Sequence record: SRR2962707_1636
Reading direction: 5' to 3' (one strand)
DNA length: 41,543 nt
The position numbers and the translations under genes are program-made. Of the stretch, positions 7,450 through 15,559 are shown in pieces; within the stretch, counting starts at the first letter, position 1; each line of letters starts with the position of its first letter. The notes beneath the pieces are model-generated. The model searched no databases. It saw nothing but the letters and a program-made list of their open reading frames with translations, and was not told the origin of the DNA.

Positions 7450-8400
7450 CTAGTACCCCACACCGCCCGAGAAGAAGGCGCCGCCCGTGGCCGCCATCTC
7501 TTCGCCGCGCTCGTTCTTGCGGATGAAAACTTCCGCATAGGCCTGGCGCGTCGAAGCCGGGATTTCGCTGTAGCCATGCTTCTGCTGCGGCACGCAGGCA
7601 AGCATCCCGTTCGAGCCGTGACGCAGTGCCTCGCCGGGACGGCACTCGATGACATAGCCGCCGACATAGTCCGGCGTCGCGTCGCCGCCTTTGCCCGCCA
7701 TGCGGCCAATCGTGGCGACGAGCATGTCGCCCGCGACGCAGTGAAAGAGTTCGACGTCGTCGGCGGGCTCGACTTCGCTAACCTTCGAGCTCATGCGCGC
7801 CGCTTCTTCAAGCCCCTTCGCGCTGACGCAGATCGCCTTGACCGGCTTCACAACCTTCGCCGTGCGCACGACCACGTTGAGCGCACCCATCGGCGCAGCC
7901 TGCGGCGCGGAAACGTAGTAGCTCGAACCGCCACCGCCGAAGCCGCCGCCGCTGCCATTGCCGATGGCCGTGGAGCTGGTGCGGTCGAGAGCGGAAGACG
8001 CGCTGTCCGCCGCCGCGTTCGCATTGGCGATGGCCGATGCGGTCGCCGAAGCATTCGCATTCGAGTTCGCATTGACGTTCACGTGAACGTCGATGTTGTT
8101 GGTATTGTTATTCGTATTGTTGTTCGTGTTGTTATTGGTGTTGTGGTTCTCGTTGTAGTTGTAGTTCTTGTTGTAATTGTAATTCTTGTTGTAGTTCTTG
8201 CCGCCGCCCTTGCCGCCACCGTCGTGGTCGCAGCCGCAATCATGCTTCGGCGGCGGGGGCGCGCATCCGCCGCCGCATCCGCCTGAACCGGCCGCCGCCG
8301 GGGTCGCCCCCGCCAGCGCGTAAATGAAAAGCGCGGCGCCGAACGCCATCGCACTCAGAACCGGCATCCCGCCGGAAATCAAAAACTTCATCTGCTTCAT
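7450..8400 (-). CDS. Secreted Gly/Cys/Asn-rich low-complexity protein, putative amyloid-like holdfast anchor (HfaE-like)
   Basis: 316 aa; GGGAG RBS; signal peptide ending TPAAA; GGCGGGCAPPPPK; NYNKNYNYN..NTNNNTNNN..VNVNANSNANA ladder; C-terminal domain with four Cys; own promoter and terminator. The CDS is well supported; HfaE identity is from recollection only. Confidence 0.7.
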   Translation of the reverse strand: MKQMKFLISGGMPVLSAMAFGAALFIYALAGATPAAAGSGGCGGGCAPPPPKHDCGCDHDGGGKGGGKNYNKNYNYNKNYNYNENHNTNNNTNNNTNNNTNNIDVHVNVNANSNANASATASAIANANAAADSASSALDRTSSTAIGNGSGGGFGGGGSSYYVSAPQAAPMGALNVVVRTAKVVKPVKAICVSAKGLEEAARMSSKVSEVEPADDVELFHCVAGDMLVATIGRMAGKGGDATPDYVGGYVIECRPGEALRHGSNGMLACVPQQKHGYSEIPASTRQAYAEVFIRKNERGEEMAATGGAFFSGGVGY

Positions 8401-8474
8401 CCTGACACTCCCGGCCCATTTGGGCACGTTGGCCTGCGTCGTTTGGAAACCTTCTTGGCTTCCGCCCTCCACGA

Positions 8475-8490
8475 TGCAGGAGCCGTGCCG
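8475..8490 (-). promoter_or_regulatory. Sigma54-type promoter of the Asn-rich gene
   Basis: Minus strand CGGCACG-GCTC-CTGCA (GG-N10-GC); TTAACCA half-site about 35 bp upstream. Confidence 0.6.
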
Positions 8491-8679
8491 GAGAGGTGTT
8501 GTCCCGGCCCAGCGCGCGCCTCATTGGTTAACGTCCCGCCAAAACGCACTTCGGCGGGCCTGCGCCCTGCTCCGTTAACGCTTTCGTTCCCTCTCGCCAC
8601 CGATGCATCCCCTTAAACCCTTGATCCCGCTGCAGGAATGGGGCCGCCCCACCACCCCGGGATCGCCGTCATTAACGGC

Positions 8680-8695
8680 TGGCACGCTTTCTGCT
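8680..8695 (+). promoter_or_regulatory. Sigma54-type promoter of the PAS_5 gene
   Basis: TGGCACG-CTTT-CTGCT (GG-N10-GC), preceded by TTAAC at 8672. Confidence 0.65.
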
Positions 8696-8878
8696 CCCTG
8701 TCGCCTGTCCCCGGCGCCCGGCGCAGACCTCGTATCGGATCGGTACGAACGCCGGGAGCGGGACAGGAATTCGATGAGGCGACCCGAAACGGGACGTTTC
8801 GCAGTGAATGAGTTAGGATTTCCGCCTAGGCATTGGGGGCTCCCCCGCCGGCGGAAAGCACGGCAGGGGATGATGGGT

Positions 8879-9550
8879 ATGAAGCACAAGAACAATCAGG
8901 TTCTGTTCGATTACTGGAACGCGATCCGCGCGGGCCGGCCCGCGCCGCATCGCAGCGAAATCGAGCCGGGCGACATCCGCCGCGTCCTGCCTTACGTGTT
9001 CATTCTGGAGCGCAAAGACCGCGACACCTACCGCTTCCGCCTCGCGGGAACCGGCCTCTGCAGCACCTACGGAATGGAATTTCGCGGCCACAACATGCTC
9101 TCCCTGTGGTCGGACGACTGCGTGGAAACGCTGAAGCAGGCAATGGACGACGTGGCGGTCAACGCGACGATCTCCGTCGTCGAATATACCGCGGCGACGA
9201 ATGACGGCCGCGAAGCCACCTTCGAAATGATCCTGCTGCCGCTCGCTCATGAAGACGGCTCGATGACCCGCGTGCTCGGCGCCGCCGTCCCGATTGACCC
9301 GCTACCCTGGATCGGCGACCGGATGCTCGCCCGCCAGTGGATCGACCGCCTCCGCCGCCTCGACCCCGAGCGGATGCGCGCTCCCGAGCGCGATGCGGAA
9401 TCGGTCGCGCGCCGCATCCTCGCCGAGAAGCCGCCGGTGGCCATCGCCAGCATCACCAGCCACGCAAGCCGCAAGCCGCCGCTCAGGAGCGAGCGTTCCT
9501 ATCTGCGCCTTGTGAAGAACGCGCCCGCCGGCAGAGAAGAGATGGGTTAA
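8879..9550 (+). CDS. PAS_5 (DUF1457) domain protein
   Basis: LFDYWNAIRAGRPAPHRSEIEPGDIRRVLPYVFILE, FRLAGT, FEMILLPL; tail YLRLVK; start chosen at MKH. Confidence 0.88.
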   Translation: MKHKNNQVLFDYWNAIRAGRPAPHRSEIEPGDIRRVLPYVFILERKDRDTYRFRLAGTGLCSTYGMEFRGHNMLSLWSDDCVETLKQAMDDVAVNATISVVEYTAATNDGREATFEMILLPLAHEDGSMTRVLGAAVPIDPLPWIGDRMLARQWIDRLRRLDPERMRAPERDAESVARRILAEKPPVAIASITSHASRKPPLRSERSYLRLVKNAPAGREEMG

Positions 9551-10446
9551 ATTTTACCCAGCCGCGAGAGCCAGTACAAAATCCAGAGCACTCGCCGCCA
9601 CGGCGATTTCAGATACCCGAACTGACTATCGAAATCGTCGATGTCCAGCACCTGCGCTTCGCCCTCGCAGAAACCCTCCACGAAGTCATGCTGCAAACAT
9701 TCGCCGAGGCACTTCTGGAACCTCCCCCGCGGCCGGTTCGGACCGACCGGGGTTAGCATGTATACCGGAATGCCCGCAGGCACCCACAGCATGTTGGCGA
9801 ATTCCGCGCCTCTTATTCCAATTACGCCAAGGGCATTCGAGAAGACTTCGATCTGGCACCCCAGTTCGTGAGCGCCTGGCTCATAGACGATAACGGGGTA
9901 GCCAAGAGCCCTCATACGCCGCCGTGTTTCCGCCAGATTGCGGATATGCCGCCGGGCGCTGCCATATGAAGGACTGTCTGTTCCTCCGTCGAGCTGGTAG
10001 AAATCCGGCATCGGACTGCGATCGAGAAGAAGGATCCGGTCACGGCACTTTGCGGTCGCGTCGCAGGCGCACCGGTTCGGAACCCCGCCCTTCAACAGCG
10101 GAATAACGCGGCTGATCCGTGAACGGAGTTCATCGCGCTGGCTCGGATCGAGCGTGTACTTGTCCCAATGCTCGATATCGACACGGCGGGACGCAGGGAA
10201 CTGCCCGGCGATTTCGCTCTTCTTCAGAATGCGGAAATCAACCCCGAGAGACTGCAAGCCTTCGAGAAGGACTGCGTCCATTACCGGGCCACACGACTCT
10301 ATCAGATATGTCCCGTCTTCATCGCCATGGGCCGCAATATGGTCCATCGCAGGCAGGAAATATCCGAACATGAAGTGCCAGTAGTGCTGCACGGACCCAA
10401 TCATGCTGTGATCTGGCACCAGATGCACCGCGGTGGGCGAGGACAT
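9547..10446 (-). CDS. Glycosyltransferase family 61-like (DUF563) protein
   Basis: HYWHFM near the N-terminus, RRHIRN, QIEVFSNALGVIGIRGAEFANMLW; start 5 nt after the upstream gene's stop. Confidence 0.65.
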   Translation of the reverse strand: MSSPTAVHLVPDHSMIGSVQHYWHFMFGYFLPAMDHIAAHGDEDGTYLIESCGPVMDAVLLEGLQSLGVDFRILKKSEIAGQFPASRRVDIEHWDKYTLDPSQRDELRSRISRVIPLLKGGVPNRCACDATAKCRDRILLLDRSPMPDFYQLDGGTDSPSYGSARRHIRNLAETRRRMRALGYPVIVYEPGAHELGCQIEVFSNALGVIGIRGAEFANMLWVPAGIPVYMLTPVGPNRPRGRFQKCLGECLQHDFVEGFCEGEAQVLDIDDFDSQFGYLKSPWRRVLWILYWLSRLGKI

Positions 10447-10451
10447 GGCGG

Positions 10452-11699
10452 TCAACTGCCGGCCAGCAGCGCTTTCTGCTGCTGCCAAAGCTGCAGAAGG
10501 CGCGTATCGGGCATGTCGAGATCGTCCCAGCTCAACGGCTCGTCTCGTGCAACCGCGCGTCGAAGCACCGGCCGTTCATTTGTATCTTCGACGTCGAGCA
10601 ACCCTTGCGGCACAAGATCGGCGGCATCGGCATCCTGCGCCGACATGATCAGCCCATAGACCTCGTCGCTGCCGATGGCATGCGCGATCCGGTCTCCACG
10701 CGAGAGAGGCCGTTTCGCATGAGCGTAGCAGTCGGTCATGCGCCCATGACGCAGATCAAGCCCGCTTCGTCCGTAAAGCACGCTCATCGCAATCGCTCGT
10801 GGCGTTTCGAAGTGACAAAGATGATAGGGCCTGAAGAAGACACAGTAGGGCGCGCGATTGGTGATCTTGTAGTAGTCGAGATAGTGAGCGCGGAACGGAT
10901 CGTCGCTGCGGGCGACGACGTAAACCCCGCCACCATGCTGGCGCGCGCCGAGAATGTAGTCGACATGCGCCTTGCCGCCATAACTCTCGAAATCAAACAG
11001 GCCGAGGACGTCCTCGACGCGCTCCGCGCACGGCCCCTCCATTCCCGGCACACGCGGCGTAAGGCCCCGCTCGTTCGCGATCAGCGACATTTCGATGTTG
11101 AGCTTCGACCCGTCCGTGTAAGCAAGACACTGCTCGGGGCTGAGCTGGAGCGAAGCTGCGATCTCGACCGACCCTTCCAGCGTCCGGTAGCGGTCGAGAA
11201 ATCCTTTCATGTTCCCGGCCTGAACGAATTCGAAACCCCACATTTCGATTTCATCCATCATGCGTGCAAGCACGCCATGCTGATCGCCCGCATCGCTCGT
11301 CACTACTACGCCCTTTCGGGCGGCGGCATCGCGGAGGAGATAACCGAGCATGGCATCGACTTCGGCGTTCATCAGCACGCAATGCGCACCCTTCTCGATT
11401 GCCGCCATGCAGTAATCGAAGGCAGCGACAATGGAATTCGTCGCTTCAATCAGCACATCGCACGGGAGGGAGGGGTCTTCGAGAGCCGCAAGGCAATCGG
11501 TTGCGACATGTGTCGGCTTGCCATAGAGGCGCGCAGCTTCGCCCGCCGCTGCCTCTGACTTGTCGGCGACAAATGACAGCCGCATTCCCGGCGTCAATCC
11601 AAGTTGGTGAGCGATACCGAGCCCCATGGCCCCGGCTCCGACGAGCCCAACCTGAATCGGTTCGCCCGTCGCTTCTCTACGCTTCAATTCCGCAAACAC
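10452..11699 (-). CDS. NAD(P)-dependent oxidoreductase with C-terminal SAF domain (homoserine dehydrogenase-like, COG4091-type)
   Basis: IQVGLVGAGAMG, MNAEVD, GDQHG, DGSKLNIEM..IAN, RPYHLCHFE, AKRPL..GD..G..VYG, L.RAVARDEPLSWDDL; GTG start at 11699. Confidence 0.85.
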   Translation of the reverse strand: MFAELKRREATGEPIQVGLVGAGAMGLGIAHQLGLTPGMRLSFVADKSEAAAGEAARLYGKPTHVATDCLAALEDPSLPCDVLIEATNSIVAAFDYCMAAIEKGAHCVLMNAEVDAMLGYLLRDAAARKGVVVTSDAGDQHGVLARMMDEIEMWGFEFVQAGNMKGFLDRYRTLEGSVEIAASLQLSPEQCLAYTDGSKLNIEMSLIANERGLTPRVPGMEGPCAERVEDVLGLFDFESYGGKAHVDYILGARQHGGGVYVVARSDDPFRAHYLDYYKITNRAPYCVFFRPYHLCHFETPRAIAMSVLYGRSGLDLRHGRMTDCYAHAKRPLSRGDRIAHAIGSDEVYGLIMSAQDADAADLVPQGLLDVEDTNERPVLRRAVARDEPLSWDDLDMPDTRLLQLWQQQKALLAGS

Positions 11700-11878
11700 T
11701 GTGACTTCGCCCGCCCCCGGCCGGTTTCCCCAGATGCCGGCCGCGCCCTGCCCCGGCCGCAGCGACGATCGAAAGATAACATGGGGAAAAGAATCTCCCC
11801 ACCCAAATGCCATGCGGTCCGAAAGCAAATGGCCCGGCAGAGCCGGGCCATGAACTTGTCTTTTCGCTACCGGAAAAA

Positions 11879-13525
11879 TCAGGCCGCGTGGCCGACCCGG
11901 TCTTCGGCAATCGTGACGTTCTCCGAAGGCAGCGGCGCCTTGCCCAGCATGTCGTCGGAAATCTTCTCCGCGATCATGATCGTCGGCGCATTGGTATTGC
12001 CGCCGACAAGCGTCGGCATCACGGAGGCATCGACGACGCGCAATCCCTGCAACCCGTGGACGCGGCACTTCGCATCGACGACCGCCATCGGGTCTGTGCC
12101 CATCTTCGCCGTGCCGACCGGGTGATAGATCGTCTCCGCCGTCTCGCGAATCCAGGCGTCGATCTCCGCATCGGACTGGACACCTGCGCCCGGCCAGAAT
12201 TCCGGTCCGCGATAGGCATCCATCGCACGCTGCGAAAGAATCTCGCGCACCATGCGCACGCCGTCGCGCATCACCTTGCGGTCGTACTCCGCTTCCAGGT
12301 AGTTCGGCTGGATCAGCGCATGCTCGGCCGGATTGGTCGACTTCAGTGCGATGAAGCCGCGGCTTTCCGGACGAAGCTGACAGATATGCACGGTGAAGCC
12401 ATGCCTGTCGGACTTCACGCGCGCATGATCGCGCATCATCGCCGCCACGAAGTGAAGTTGAATGTCCGGCACTTCGAGTTCCGGCCGCGTTTTCAGGAAC
12501 GCGCCGCTCTCAAGTCCGTTCGAGGTCGCAATGCCCGTCTTGAAGAAGGTGTATTGCATGCCGCTCATCAGCTGCTTGAGCGGGTTGGAAACCGTGCTGT
12601 GAAGGGTGATCGGCTGCGTGCATTCGTTGATGACGACACAGTCCAGATGGTCCTGCAGGTTCTGGCCGACGCCCGGCAGGTCGGCGACGACATCGAGGCC
12701 GAACTTCTTGAGATATTCGCCCTTGCCGATGCCCGACAGCATCAGGATTTGCGGCGTATTGACCGCGCCGCCGGAGACGACGATCTCCTTGCCCGCGCGG
12801 GCGACTTTCGTTTCGCCCTTCTGCGTATATTCAACACCGACGGCCTTTTTGCCCTCGAAGAGGATGCGCGATGTGAGCGCCTCGACTTCGATGGTGAGGT
12901 TCGGCCGGTTCAGCGCCGGAACGAGATAGCCCTTGGCCGCGCTGCAGCGCTGGCCGTCCTTGATGGTGAGCTGGTAGGGGCCGACGCCCTCCTGCTGCGG
13001 GCCGTTGAAGTCTTCCGTATAAGGATGACCGGCCTGCTGGCCCGCTTCCACGAAGGACTCGAACAGCACATTCGTCTTGCGCGGGTTGCTGACGCCAAGC
13101 GGACCCTCGCCGCCATGAAAGGCGCTGTTGCCGTTCTCATTGCCTTCCGAGCGCCGGAAATATGGCAGCACATCCGAGAAACCCCAGCCTTCGAGGCCGA
13201 GCTGACGCCACATGTCGTAGTCGCGCGCATGGCCGCGAATGTAGATCATGCCGTTGATGGAGGACGACCCGCCAAGCACCTTGCCGCGCGGCCAGTAGAG
13301 CTTGCGATTGTTCAGGAAGGGCTGCCCTTCCGTGTCGTAGCACCAGTTGGCGAGGTCCGTGCCGATCAGTTTGCCGACGCCCGCCGGCATATGGATCATG
13401 AAGTTCGAATCCTTCGATCCCGCCTCAAGAAGCAGAACCTTGTTGGATGGATTCTCCGACAGACGGTTGGCGAGCACGCATCCCGCGCTGCCTGCACCAA
13501 TAATGATGTAGTCGAAATCGCTCAT
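11879..13525 (-). CDS. GMC family FAD oxidoreductase (choline/alcohol dehydrogenase-like)
   Basis: FDYIIIGAGSAGCVLANRLSE, RGKVLGGSSSINGMIYIRG, VGQNLQDH, IYHPVGTAKMG, GNTNAPTIMIAEK. Confidence 0.93.
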   Translation of the reverse strand: MSDFDYIIIGAGSAGCVLANRLSENPSNKVLLLEAGSKDSNFMIHMPAGVGKLIGTDLANWCYDTEGQPFLNNRKLYWPRGKVLGGSSSINGMIYIRGHARDYDMWRQLGLEGWGFSDVLPYFRRSEGNENGNSAFHGGEGPLGVSNPRKTNVLFESFVEAGQQAGHPYTEDFNGPQQEGVGPYQLTIKDGQRCSAAKGYLVPALNRPNLTIEVEALTSRILFEGKKAVGVEYTQKGETKVARAGKEIVVSGGAVNTPQILMLSGIGKGEYLKKFGLDVVADLPGVGQNLQDHLDCVVINECTQPITLHSTVSNPLKQLMSGMQYTFFKTGIATSNGLESGAFLKTRPELEVPDIQLHFVAAMMRDHARVKSDRHGFTVHICQLRPESRGFIALKSTNPAEHALIQPNYLEAEYDRKVMRDGVRMVREILSQRAMDAYRGPEFWPGAGVQSDAEIDAWIRETAETIYHPVGTAKMGTDPMAVVDAKCRVHGLQGLRVVDASVMPTLVGGNTNAPTIMIAEKISDDMLGKAPLPSENVTIAEDRVGHAA

Positions 13526-13773
13526 AAGCCTGTTTCCGGTCCTTGTTGTCCGGCCACTCTCAAGATCGGGAAGTAAATGACAGCCGCCTGCCTGCACGGC
13601 AATGGCGACAGTCGGCTCCCGCTTTCGGCCGATTCCCTGCCCGATTCCGTAAATGATCGGAGTTTCCCCGATTGTCCGGAATCGCGGAAGCTGACGCAAG
13701 CGTCAATTTTCTACAATGCAGAGAACCGCTTTGCTCCGTATCGGGGAAATATTCGGCCGCGAAGACAACCGCA

Positions 13774-13790
13774 GTAAAATTTCGTTAACC
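13774..13790 (+). promoter_or_regulatory. Candidate CtrA binding site upstream of the tandem PilZ gene
   Basis: GTAA-AATTTCG-TTAACC, one mismatch to TTAA-N7-TTAAC. Confidence 0.6.
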
Positions 13791-13861
13791 GTGACGCAGT
13801 TATTCTGCATTTACAGAATTCAGCGCTTTCGCGCCGTCGACAGAGATCGCAGGCATACAAG

Positions 13862-14461
13862 ATGCAGCCCGACCACGAAGAACGCCGCAAACACCAGCGT
13901 GTCGCCTTTGAGGCGAAAGGCAGGTTCCTCGCGCCCGACGGCTCCGAGCACACCTGCTCGATCCGCGACTTGTCGCTCGGCGGGGTTGCCCTCTCTTCGG
14001 ATGTGCCTGTCGACCACGGAGCGAACATCATCGTCTATCTGGACGAGTTCGGCCGGTTCGAGGGCAAGGTAGTCCGCATCTTCGAAGGCGGTTTCGCCAT
14101 CGAGACGGCGATCAGCGGCCCGCGCCGCGAGCGCCTCCAGCAGCGCCTCGACGCCCTTGCCCGGGGCGAAAAGATCGAAGTTTCGGCGCGCCGCGCCTTC
14201 GCGCGCTATGCGCCGGGCGAAGCCGGTCTTGAGGAAAGCTCTGTCCTGACGATGGCTGACGGGGGCTCCATGCCCTGCCGCATCATCGACATGTCGCTGG
14301 GCGGCGCCCAGGTAGCGGTCGAAAACCGTCCGCCAATCGGCACCGACGTCTCCATCGGCCGCATGACCGGCCGTGTGGTCCGCCACACCGAAGAAGGCAT
14401 CGGCATCCAGTTCACCGATATTCCCGAACGCGCGACCGCCCTTTCCCGGCCCTTCGGCTGA
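13862..14461 (+). CDS. Tandem PilZ-domain c-di-GMP receptor protein
   Basis: Two RxxxR / DxSxxG pairs: ERRKHQR...DLSLGG and ARRAFAR...DMSLGG. Confidence 0.92.
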   Translation: MQPDHEERRKHQRVAFEAKGRFLAPDGSEHTCSIRDLSLGGVALSSDVPVDHGANIIVYLDEFGRFEGKVVRIFEGGFAIETAISGPRRERLQQRLDALARGEKIEVSARRAFARYAPGEAGLEESSVLTMADGGSMPCRIIDMSLGGAQVAVENRPPIGTDVSIGRMTGRVVRHTEEGIGIQFTDIPERATALSRPFG

Positions 14462-14537
14462 TTCCCGCACTTCCGCACTCGGCAAGCACCGCGCCGTCGC
14501 CTAGACTGCCCCGCACAAAAACAAGCGGGGGAAGCGC

Positions 14538-15242
14538 GTGTCCGAACCTTTGATCACCACCATCGAAAACGATATCGCCGTCCTGACCATGGATGACGGA
14601 CGCGCAAACGCGCTCGGCCATGCCATGATCGACGCACTGAACAAGGCGCTCGATGAGGCGGAAACAAGCGCCAAGGCCGTGCTGATTGCCGGCCGCGAAA
14701 AGCGCTTCTGCGCCGGTTTCGACCTCGACGTCATGGCCTCTGGCTCCGAAAACGTCCGCAAACTGGTCACCGCCGGGGCTGAACTCCTGCTCCGGCTCTA
14801 CGAATACCGCCTGCCCGTGGTCATGGCCTGCACCGGCCATGCGCTGGCGGCAGGCGGCCTGCTGCTCCTTTCCGGAGATTCCCGCGTGGGCACCGAGGGT
14901 GAGTTCCGCATCGGGCTGCCCGAGGTCGCAATCGGCATGACCATGCCCGTCTTCGGGATCGAGCTTGCCCGCGACCGGCTCGCCCGCAATCGCTTTTCGG
15001 AAGCCGTGACGCAGGCCCGCATCTATGGCCCGGCCGACGCCGTCACCGTCGGATATCTCGACGAGGCGGTCCCGGCGGCGAGCCTGATCGAGACGGCAAA
15101 GGCCCGCGCGGCCGCCCTGGCCGCCCTTCAGCAACCGGCCTTCGCGAACACCAAGCGCAAGGAGCGCGCGTTAACGATCCGGCATATTCGTGACACGCTG
15201 AACGCCGATTCAGGCACTTTCGACGGCTCACATCCCCGCTAA
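14538..15242 (+). CDS. Crotonase / enoyl-CoA hydratase-isomerase family protein
   Basis: MDDGRANAL, FCAGFDL, GHALAAG, IGLPEVAIG; GTG start. Confidence 0.9.
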   Translation: MSEPLITTIENDIAVLTMDDGRANALGHAMIDALNKALDEAETSAKAVLIAGREKRFCAGFDLDVMASGSENVRKLVTAGAELLLRLYEYRLPVVMACTGHALAAGGLLLLSGDSRVGTEGEFRIGLPEVAIGMTMPVFGIELARDRLARNRFSEAVTQARIYGPADAVTVGYLDEAVPAASLIETAKARAAALAALQQPAFANTKRKERALTIRHIRDTLNADSGTFDGSHPR

Positions 15243-15559
15243 AGCCCCCCTGCGACAATTTTTCTCCACCCATTTCCGTCTCGAAAATGAGTCGCGGCTT
15301 GGTTTATCGACGGCCTGAAAAACAGAAAGGCCGCTCACACAAGAATCGCTCCAAGCCTTGATACAGATGGACTTTCGACGTGTGAGCCAACATCTGCAAT
15401 TTTAACTAAATTTGGATCGTTCGAATTTTACGAAAACCCGTCTCAAATTTGATCTGCATTAAGATCAAAACCCACTCACACGCTTAAACGAGCGCAAATT
15501 CCTACCTGCCATTCTCCCCGCTAACGAGTTCGACAGTGCCTTTTTTGTTGGTGGGCAAA

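Noticed and set aside
8090-8200. GTT/GTA-rich tandem repeat as a CRISPR array or phase-variable microsatellite
   Set aside because: No repeat-spacer structure and no cas genes; it encodes the Asn ladder with synonymous variation.
11700-12068. N-terminal extension of the SAF oxidoreductase in the ORF track (similar extensions at 8603, 13699, 31051 and 32173)
   Set aside because: The extensions overlap neighbouring genes or promoters; family-like sequence begins at downstream starts.
11879-13525. Calling the GMC gene betA or alkJ
   Set aside because: No betB/betI or alkane-oxidation genes are adjacent, and motifs alone do not give the substrate.
11807-13576. 589-aa plus-strand ORF
   Set aside because: Antisense shadow of the GMC oxidoreductase; no motifs; typical of high-GC codon bias.
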